From an uncultured Anaerolineae bacterium (GTDB lineage: Bacteria; Chloroflexota; Anaerolineae; VGOG01), in the NCBI GenBank assembly GCA_964510205.1, contig CAZEBW010000004.1, positions 3,638 to 67,637 on the forward strand: DNA of 64,000 nt, given 5' to 3'. The first letter of the stretch is position 1. The number at the start of each line of letters is the position of its first letter. A program made the position numbers and the translations under genes. The notes beneath the pieces are model-generated. The model searched no databases. It was not told where the DNA came from and saw only the letters and a list, made by a program, of their open reading frames with translations. This document shows positions 19,666 to 26,440 of this stretch, piece after piece.

Positions 19666-20067
19666 TTATCGTGCCAACACTTCCTGTACTATCTTGACCA
19701 ACTCTTCGGTCTGGGTTTTCGGGATATAGTTCGCTACAAGTCTCCGGCCCTGCGTATCTGGCTCCATTGCCCGTCTCATGGTATCCGGCGTGCCGTAGCC
19801 TGTGATCATTACGACTTCGGTAGTGGGCCAATGTTGTTTGATCTCATCCGCCAGGTCCAGCCCCTCGGTGTTACTCTCGTCCGTCTCGTCCAGGCGCATG
19901 TCCAGTACTGCCAGATCAAAATGGCTGGTTTTGAGCAACTCCAATGCCGCAGGCGAAGACTCGGCAACCTGGACATCGTATCCCGCGTCCTCCAACAAGC
20001 CACCGAGCGTCGTGCGCCAATCTAGCAGGTCATCTACCACCAGAATCTTCTGCCGTTTGTTTGTCAT
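19666..20067 (-). CDS. Stand-alone response-regulator receiver
   Basis: ILVVDD...VLDMRLDETDESN...ITGYG...IPK. Closest in sequence to the REC of the 14904-16418 protein. Shows an ATGA start/stop overlap with the upstream gene. Confidence 0.9.
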   Translation of the reverse strand: MTNKRQKILVVDDLLDWRTTLGGLLEDAGYDVQVAESSPAALELLKTSHFDLAVLDMRLDETDESNTEGLDLADEIKQHWPTTEVVMITGYGTPDTMRRAMEPDTQGRRLVANYIPKTQTEELVKIVQEVLAR

Positions 20068-20453
20068 TCTCTTACTCCTTCGTGCTTACCATGGCGATTA
20101 CGCGGCACCTGTGGAAACAGAATGATCTCCCTGACCTGCTCGAAGAGATCCTCGCTTCCGAAAGACTTGGCGAAGTAGCGCATGGCTCCCAACCGGTAGG
20201 CCGCAAGCGCCTCTTGGGTCGTGGGTTGTACTGTTGTTACGACCACCCGCTTATCAGAGTATTTCTCAGCGATGACTGCAAGCACGTCCAGGCGGCGGGA
20301 GCTTGCGATGACCAGGTCGAACTGATCCGCTTCGAGTTCAGCGAGTGCTGCCTTGGTGTCAGGCGCAACGACGATTTCAAACTTGTTGAGATCGCTCTTG
20401 GCGAACTCAATCCAGCGAGGTTCGTCGTCAATGATCAGAATGCGAGTTTTCAT
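20064..20453 (-). CDS. Atypical (pseudo-)receiver domain protein; phospho-acceptor Asp replaced by Ser
   Basis: ILIIDDE...FDLVIASSRR...VVVTT...FAKSF. The acidic pair, Thr and Lys are kept, but the D57-equivalent reads S. AGGAGG lies 7 nt upstream of ATG 20453. Confidence 0.7.
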   Translation of the reverse strand: MKTRILIIDDEPRWIEFAKSDLNKFEIVVAPDTKAALAELEADQFDLVIASSRRLDVLAVIAEKYSDKRVVVTTVQPTTQEALAAYRLGAMRYFAKSFGSEDLFEQVREIILFPQVPRNRHGKHEGVRE

Positions 20454-20455
20454 GA

Positions 20456-23400
20456 TCACACCTCCTTTCCCGTCCCCGGCGCTGGGATCTGAACCAGCAT
20501 TGTTGTTCCAGTGGGATCGGTCTCTTCTATTATAGCATCACCGCCAATACTTTGCAACATCAGTCGGCTGAGCCAGAGACCCAGACCTGCCCCTCCGCCT
20601 GGCTCCTTGGATGGGACTGGTTTGACGAAGAGACGTTGCTGGACTTGCAGTGGGATGCCCGGTCCTGTATCCTGAACCCGCACACAGATATTACTGTCGG
20701 TCAGACGACTGGTAACTGCTAACTGGCCACCCGCCTTCATTGCTCGGTAGGCATTGTCAACCAAGTTGTAGAAGACCTCAGCGATCTGACCGATCGGGGC
20801 CCGAATCTGCGGCAGCGATTGATCCAGGTCTAGGGTATGTTCGATCGTTGATCGAATGGGATCCGTTCGCCACTGTTCTCTCACTTTACCCACCACGTCA
20901 CTCAGCACTGCGTTAATGTCCACATCCTGATCCTCGACCTCTCGCAGCGGTTCTTGAATGCGCGCGATGATATCCGACGTATAGCGGGCGTTACGTTCGA
21001 TGATGTCAAGGATCTCTGCAATCGTATCATTCGACATATCAACGCGCTTCCGCAGGCGCGTCACGTTGGGAACGATGATGTTGAAGGTATTATTGACACG
21101 ATGTTGTAAAGCTGCGATGGCCGTGCCCAGTGTGGCCAAGCGCTTGGTCGCGATGACTTCACTGCGTGCCTCCTCATATAACCGGGCATTCTCAAGGGCA
21201 ATGGCTGCCTGGTTGGCCATAGAGGAGATGACCTGCAAGTCCTGTTCATCGTAGGCCTGCTCTCTTTCCCAGTCGTAGATAGCGATCACGCCCAGAACCC
21301 TATTCTCCAGAACCATCGGGACACCTATCCAAGATTTGGCGACACGCCCGATGAACTCTTGATGTCCGGGCTGTCCATACCACGCTTTAGATTCCACTTG
21401 GGTGCGATGCAGGATTGGCTTCTTGGTAAGGATGACTTCTTCGGTCTTACCCCGCTTCTCCATATCAGCCTTGCGGGGATCGTAATGCACCTGCTCACCG
21501 TGCTCCGTTGCCAGACCGAAGCGGATCATCCCTGTTTCCTCGTCATACAGCGCGATGTACATGTCCTGTGCGCCGGTCAACTCCCTGGCCTGCTCGTAGA
21601 TTAGCTCCAGAATCTCATCTTGCTTCAGACGAATACCGGAGGTTAGTGCCTGTCCTACCTCATTCAGTGCCGCCAACGCCTGAACGCGCCGTGCGAGCTG
21701 CTGGTTGATCTCGTAGTAAAGCGTTGCATTATCCAACGCGATTGCCGCTTGGTTGGCCACAGAGGAGATGACCTGCAAGTCCTGTTCATCGTAGGCCTGC
21801 TCTCTTTCCCAGTCATAAATGGCGATCATACCCAGTACCTTCTCACCTGTGACCATGGGAACGCCCAAGTAAGAAGGCTGAACACGCCCGATGAACTCTT
21901 GATGTCCGGGCTGTCCATACCACGCTTTAGATTCCACTTGGGTGCGATGCAGGATTGGCTTCTTGGTAAGGATGACTTCTTCGGTCTTACCCCGCTTCTC
22001 CATATCAGCCTTGCGGGGATCGTAATGCACCTGCTCACCGTGCTCCGTTGCCAGACCGAAGCGGATCATCCCTGTTTCCTCGTCATACAGCGCGATGTAC
22101 ATGTCCTGTGCGCCGGTCAACTCCCTGGCCTGCTCGTAGATTAGCTCCAGAATCTCATCTTGCTTCAGACGAATACCGGAGGTTAGTGTCTGTCCCACCT
22201 CGTTCACTGCCTGTATAGCTTTATACAAGCGTGCGCTTTTAATAGCAACCGCTGCTGCCCCAGCTAGGGCCTCAACCAGACGCATGTGATCGTCTGTAAA
22301 GGCTCCGATTTGGGTACTCTCCAGATTGAGCGTTCCAATCACTCTGTCACGGTGTATCAACGGTGTTGTGAGTTCGGATTGTACTTCCTCAAACCACTCC
22401 TTGTAGTACGGATCGCTTTTGATATCGTTGCAAAGATATGTCTTTCTACTCAAGGCAACGTGTCCGTTGATGCTCGTCTCGTCTAGGGGTAGTCTCGTGA
22501 GGGTTCGCGTCGGCGTCTCATCCCTCTTGTTTCTCGCCCCAAATCGCAGTTCACGTGTCCGCTCGTCCAGCAACCAAATACTCGTATACTTGGCTGGCGT
22601 CAGCCTGGCCGCTTGCTCTGCGATTTGCTCCAGCAGATCCTCTAGGGAAGCAGTGCCAATGAGCGCGTATAGGTTCTGAAGAGCTCTGATATCATCAATT
22701 CGCTCTTGTAGGCTAGTCTGAGCCTCTTCGTACACACGGGCGTTATAGATAGCTGTCGCCGCTTGATTAGCGAACAGCTCGATAGCCCCCCGTTGCTCAG
22801 GAGTGAAGGGTTGTCGGCTCCGGTAATTGACGAACATAGCGCCCACGGTTTCGCCTGCTGCTTCGAGGGGGACGGCGGCTGACGATAGGATTCCCTCGCG
22901 CACTACAAAGCGCTTTTCCGGGCGCTCAGGGCGCTCTACGGTGAATGGGCCGGTGAGCAGGGTATCCGTCTGAGTATCGGGAGAGTAGAGGGGCTCTCCA
23001 CCCTCGACCACTTTCACAACGACATCATCCTTGAATATTTCGTCCTTGACAACTGTGGGGTCTCGGCGCTCTCCTTCCAAGATAGGTGGCATGATGTAAC
23101 GGTCATCCGCCTCAACGTACTGGTACACATCCACGAGATCGGCACCCAATACACTCCTGGCACTTCGCGCCACCTGACGCAATACCTCTCTCAACCCCTG
23201 TGCCGAAAGCTCAGCCGAGAGTATTCGTCCCCCAATCTGGTGCAGCCTCTGCAAGACTGCAGCCCGGCTGGTTGCCTGCTCAAGAAGTTGAGCATTGTGT
23301 ACAGCCACGGCGGACTGGCTGGCCACCGCCTCTAACAGCATCTGATCGTGCTCGTCAAAGCCGCTCAGCCCGTCCATATCAGCAGAGATCACCCCAATAA

Positions 23401-24193
23401 CCTCGTCTTGCAAGATTATGGGCGCCAGCACCATTGAGCGCTCGACGATGTCTGACGACAAACCGGGGACAAACTGAGGGTGCTTGACCGCATCCGGGAC
23501 GAGTTCTGATTGCTTGGTTTGGGCTACCCACCCGGCCAACCCGACCCCTTGGGCGAACTGCTGTCGTGCGATGCCTGCTGACGAGGCAGCTTCCAACGCT
23601 AGGTCACCGCTCTTATCCACTAGAAAAACGCTGATGTGCTTGCAATCCAGCACTCTTTCTGCGGCTTGCATAATGCGTGCGAAAAGATCGGCACGGCGCA
23701 ATTCGGAACTGATCAAGAGGCTCACTGCGTTCAGGGTCGCCAGATCCTGAATTCGACGCTGCGTGGCAGCCACTTGAGCGGAAGAACTCTCAATCAGCGC
23801 CTTCTCGAAATCAGTGAAATCCCTTGCCTCACGGGTATAAACGTCAAGCACACCAACGATTTTCCTTTTTACTCGTAGTGGTACCACCATAGCCGACTTC
23901 AGTCCCATAGCGGTGGTTTCTGGTTTGTACTTCCAGCGAGCATCGGTGTCAACGTCTGTCACGACGATTGCCTGTTCAGTCGCAAAAACGTCAGACGCGA
24001 CACTGGGCTCATCCAGGCGCAGAAACGCATCGCGAACGTATTCCTCTGACAACTCTGTCGCTGCAGCGATCCGGAGGGTTTCCCCCGTTTCATCGGCAAG
24101 CCAGATACAGGCCGGCAGTCCCAGAGTCTGGCTTATGGTCTCCACCACGGGTTGAAAGAACTGCTTTTTATCAAGTTCTTGAGAGGGGATCAT
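20456..24193 (-). CDS. Multi-GAF cytoplasmic histidine kinase (HisKA_2-like H-box + HATPase_c)
   Basis: 1245 aa with about five to six GAF-like modules judged by periodic motifs (e.g. VPL...VIGVL...). The C-terminus has AALQHRVNNTFN (an HRVxN-type H-box) plus LVDNAYRAM, VQDTGPGIP, GLGLWLSRLM. No TM segment. AAGGAGAG RBS. Confidence 0.9.
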   Translation of the reverse strand: MIPSQELDKKQFFQPVVETISQTLGLPACIWLADETGETLRIAAATELSEEYVRDAFLRLDEPSVASDVFATEQAIVVTDVDTDARWKYKPETTAMGLKSAMVVPLRVKRKIVGVLDVYTREARDFTDFEKALIESSSAQVAATQRRIQDLATLNAVSLLISSELRRADLFARIMQAAERVLDCKHISVFLVDKSGDLALEAASSAGIARQQFAQGVGLAGWVAQTKQSELVPDAVKHPQFVPGLSSDIVERSMVLAPIILQDEVIGVISADMDGLSGFDEHDQMLLEAVASQSAVAVHNAQLLEQATSRAAVLQRLHQIGGRILSAELSAQGLREVLRQVARSARSVLGADLVDVYQYVEADDRYIMPPILEGERRDPTVVKDEIFKDDVVVKVVEGGEPLYSPDTQTDTLLTGPFTVERPERPEKRFVVREGILSSAAVPLEAAGETVGAMFVNYRSRQPFTPEQRGAIELFANQAATAIYNARVYEEAQTSLQERIDDIRALQNLYALIGTASLEDLLEQIAEQAARLTPAKYTSIWLLDERTRELRFGARNKRDETPTRTLTRLPLDETSINGHVALSRKTYLCNDIKSDPYYKEWFEEVQSELTTPLIHRDRVIGTLNLESTQIGAFTDDHMRLVEALAGAAAVAIKSARLYKAIQAVNEVGQTLTSGIRLKQDEILELIYEQARELTGAQDMYIALYDEETGMIRFGLATEHGEQVHYDPRKADMEKRGKTEEVILTKKPILHRTQVESKAWYGQPGHQEFIGRVQPSYLGVPMVTGEKVLGMIAIYDWEREQAYDEQDLQVISSVANQAAIALDNATLYYEINQQLARRVQALAALNEVGQALTSGIRLKQDEILELIYEQARELTGAQDMYIALYDEETGMIRFGLATEHGEQVHYDPRKADMEKRGKTEEVILTKKPILHRTQVESKAWYGQPGHQEFIGRVAKSWIGVPMVLENRVLGVIAIYDWEREQAYDEQDLQVISSMANQAAIALENARLYEEARSEVIATKRLATLGTAIAALQHRVNNTFNIIVPNVTRLRKRVDMSNDTIAEILDIIERNARYTSDIIARIQEPLREVEDQDVDINAVLSDVVGKVREQWRTDPIRSTIEHTLDLDQSLPQIRAPIGQIAEVFYNLVDNAYRAMKAGGQLAVTSRLTDSNICVRVQDTGPGIPLQVQQRLFVKPVPSKEPGGGAGLGLWLSRLMLQSIGGDAIIEETDPTGTTMLVQIPAPGTGKEV
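21211..22200. repeat. In-frame 540-bp tandem duplication (one GAF module) inside the kinase gene
   Basis: 21342-21648 is identical to 21882-22188 (307/307 by eye). 21221-21274 is identical to 21761-21814. The roughly 65 bp between the two blocks are strongly diverged. Confidence 0.9.
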
Positions 24194-24228
24194 GGGTCAC
24201 TCTCCTTGTCATCTGTAAATGGGCAGAT

Positions 24229-25569
24229 TCAATTATGAGGTTGGTGTCTCCAGACTTCCAATGACTCCCTATATCCCGCTTCCGAAAATGCTAACCCCTT
24301 CTCCCTCAGCATCATAGCGGTGAGAAGGTGAGGTAATCCTTTCTTCTTTTCCAGGAAGACGATTTGTGGGCCGGAAAGCGTACGCCTACCATTCTTCTTC
24401 AGGAATTGCATGAGCTGGCGACGTCCGCGCTCAACGGTCTTTAAGAAACGCTGTGCCTCGGTTGAGAAATAGGATTCCAGTTTCTCCTCGTCCTCCGGCG
24501 CCGCTCGCGAAGCGTTGCGCACTGTTTGGGAAATGCAATCTATCAGTGTGGGTAGAAACCCCCTGGTTTCGATGCCCAGAACAATCTGCCGCGTTACGAC
24601 ACCTCGAATCAATAGCTTAATGAGACGCTCTCGCCCATTCTTACCTGGAGGTGGAGCGCCATCTGCGACTAGGAAATACAGCGCCTTTAGATAATCTGCC
24701 ATCACATGTTCGCTGGCAGTGATCAACGATTCTGGCAGGTCAGGTGCGCGAACGAGACTATGTATGGTGTCTGTGATCGGTTGGTAACTACTTATCTCAA
24801 ACACTGATTGAGCATCTTGCAGGATCATTGCCACGCGCTCAGTGCCAATCACCGTTTCGAAGAAAGGCTCCGTCATCGGTTGGAGCCTTTGGGTCTTAGT
24901 GTCTATCTCGGTGCTGACAAAGAGTGAATTGGCGAATTCAACGAACCGACCGCACTGGCAAGGCGGCCGACAATCGGGGCCGCAGCCAAAGACCGCGCCT
25001 CGATCAAAGAACATCTCAGTATTGGGCCCGCATTTACGATAGCGAACTACCCCTTCAATGCCATTTCCTTGTTTCCAGAGGTTGTCCTTGACTCCCAGAC
25101 CTATGATCTGCTCTTCAGGCATCCCGATACTCCGCCAAGCTTGATGAGCCTCTACATCCTCGTCAAACGCATGCTTTGAAATCTTACCCCCGGCGAAATA
25201 AGTGACCCATATGTTGTCTGGCTTGATTCTCAGGTTTGAGGTCATGAACTCCCACATTTGCTGGATAACAGTTGCCTTGCTGAGAGCATTAAAGGAAAAA
25301 GCGGCGGGCATTTCAAACAAGCTTAGGTGCACATTGTCGGTTCCAACGGTGTCAATGTCGAAATATCTGAAGCACTTTTGCACCAGTGCATACTTATGCC
25401 CGGCACGCTTGCCCATCTGATCAAGAGCCTTTTCAAATTGCGGTAATCCAGCACTCATTACGAACGACATAGGAATAGAGGGATGCAACAGCGAGGCACT
25501 AGGCAGAACGGAGAATCCTTTGCCCTGGTAATAATCGAGGAACGTTTGGCTAATGGCTGGGGATCGCAT
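24229..25569 (-). CDS. Alanyl-tRNA synthetase catalytic-core paralog (aminoacylation + tRNA-recognition domains only; no editing or C-Ala domains)
   Basis: 446 aa, collinear with roughly the first 450 residues of bacterial AlaRS. Matching blocks: FLDYYQGKGF, VMSAGLPQF (vs FTNAGMNQF), QKCFRYFDIDTVG (vs QRCVR..NDLENVG), LFEMPAAFSF (vs FFEMLGNFSF), KCGPNTEMFFD (vs GPCGPCTEIFYD), ETVIGTERV (vs DTGMGLERI), YFLVADGAPPPGKNGRE (vs AFLIADGVMPSNENRGY). Confidence 0.8.
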   Translation of the reverse strand: MRSPAISQTFLDYYQGKGFSVLPSASLLHPSIPMSFVMSAGLPQFEKALDQMGKRAGHKYALVQKCFRYFDIDTVGTDNVHLSLFEMPAAFSFNALSKATVIQQMWEFMTSNLRIKPDNIWVTYFAGGKISKHAFDEDVEAHQAWRSIGMPEEQIIGLGVKDNLWKQGNGIEGVVRYRKCGPNTEMFFDRGAVFGCGPDCRPPCQCGRFVEFANSLFVSTEIDTKTQRLQPMTEPFFETVIGTERVAMILQDAQSVFEISSYQPITDTIHSLVRAPDLPESLITASEHVMADYLKALYFLVADGAPPPGKNGRERLIKLLIRGVVTRQIVLGIETRGFLPTLIDCISQTVRNASRAAPEDEEKLESYFSTEAQRFLKTVERGRRQLMQFLKKNGRRTLSGPQIVFLEKKKGLPHLLTAMMLREKGLAFSEAGYRESLEVWRHQPHN

Positions 25570-25621
25570 TTTCTAGCTCCAAATCACGCGATACACCGAA
25601 CGTTATTGTAGATGCATGAAT

Positions 25622-25650
25622 ATTATATCAAACCTGTCCTTAAATGTCAA
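25622..25650 (-). promoter_or_regulatory. Perfect consensus sigma-70 promoter for the island operon
   Basis: The minus strand reads TTGACA (25650-25645), an exact 17-nt spacer, then TATAAT (25627-25622), set in an AT-rich gap. About 50 nt of 5'UTR with a GGAG RBS precedes ATG 25569. Confidence 0.65.
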
Positions 25651-25704
25651 GGCATCCAAAATACTGGATAGACATACACCGTATCGTTCAAGGAGTTGGG
25701 GTAA

Positions 25705-26070
25705 TCACACATTCGGGTGATGGCACTTCTTCCCAGTCGAAAATATCTCTAGCGAAGGGGCATCATATCGAGGCCCTCCTTCGAAGTCCCTAACGAACCG
25801 GTAAAACTCGTCAATGAAGCTGACTAATTCATCAGTATGCTCACTGATCGCCTTGACATCAGGGGAGATGTTCTCCTTGAGTTCCCTCTTGAACTTTTCA
25901 TCCTTCTCCTCAAGAGCAGCCCAATCCCAAGCCCCGTCAAGGTACTTGCGAATCTCCCCTAGCACATGATCTCGTGCGAGTGTGAGATCAGATGGGCAAT
26001 CTTTTGCCTTTAATCTACGATAATCTAATTCCATTTCCCTGCAAAGGGCTGGCGCATGGTCTCTGTCCAT
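25705..26070 (-). CDS. Hypothetical protein; possibly the C-terminal part of a frameshifted lipoprotein gene
   Basis: 121-aa ORF. Its frame is open upstream to 26124 and it overlaps the 26025-26249 ORF. Confidence 0.4.
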   Translation of the reverse strand: MDRDHAPALCREMELDYRRLKAKDCPSDLTLARDHVLGEIRKYLDGAWDWAALEEKDEKFKRELKENISPDVKAISEHTDELVSFIDEFYRFVRDFEGGPRYDAPSLEIFSTGKKCHHPNV

Positions 26071-26249
26071 CCCCTCGAAACTCTCAACACGTGAGTCAAA
26101 TTCATTGAGCGATTGACCAGCTCACAGGCATATTCCCTTACCAATTTGACATCAGCAGGTTTTGAGGATGTCTGCTCAGGGCTGCAGGCCATGACCACCG
26201 GCATTAGAAAACAAAACAGAAGTAGCAAGACAATCTTTTTCATGAGCAC
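26025..26249 (-). CDS. Lipoprotein signal peptide ORF (74 aa); possibly the N-terminal part of a frameshifted gene
   Basis: MLMKKIVLLLLFCFLMPVVMACS is a lipobox signal. The ORF ends 45 nt after the next ORF begins in another frame. Confidence 0.4.
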   Translation of the reverse strand: MLMKKIVLLLLFCFLMPVVMACSPEQTSSKPADVKLVREYACELVNRSMNLTHVLRVSRGWTETMRQPFAGKWN

Positions 26250-26440
26250 TCTACCTCCTCAGATGGTGTGGCAGATCGTAGTGCCGGCAGGTCAGAGCCA
26301 GAAGCTGATTGGCCCCGACATTTCATAGATTAGTTAGGGCTCTAGAAGAGTGTAATCCATTCGCCACGGTTCATTTACGGGGGTTACCTGCGTCATGCTT
26401 CCACCCCTCTACACGGCGGTTGCGCCCCCCCAAAAAACGC

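Noticed and set aside
21211-22200. The GAF duplication as a pure assembly artefact
   Set aside because: The two copies have distinct diverged patches and distinct flanks, and the offset is exactly in-frame (540 bp). This is hard to produce by mis-assembly. It is still flagged for long-read confirmation.
24229-25569. Calling this gene the housekeeping alaS
   Set aside because: At 446 aa it has no editing or C-Ala domains. Several signature blocks are substituted, and it sits in a lower-GC accessory operon.
11300-26400. Prophage or integrative element interpretation of the island
   Set aside because: No integrase, recombinase, tRNA target, terminal direct repeats or phage structural genes are visible. 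Only compositional evidence supports horizontal origin.
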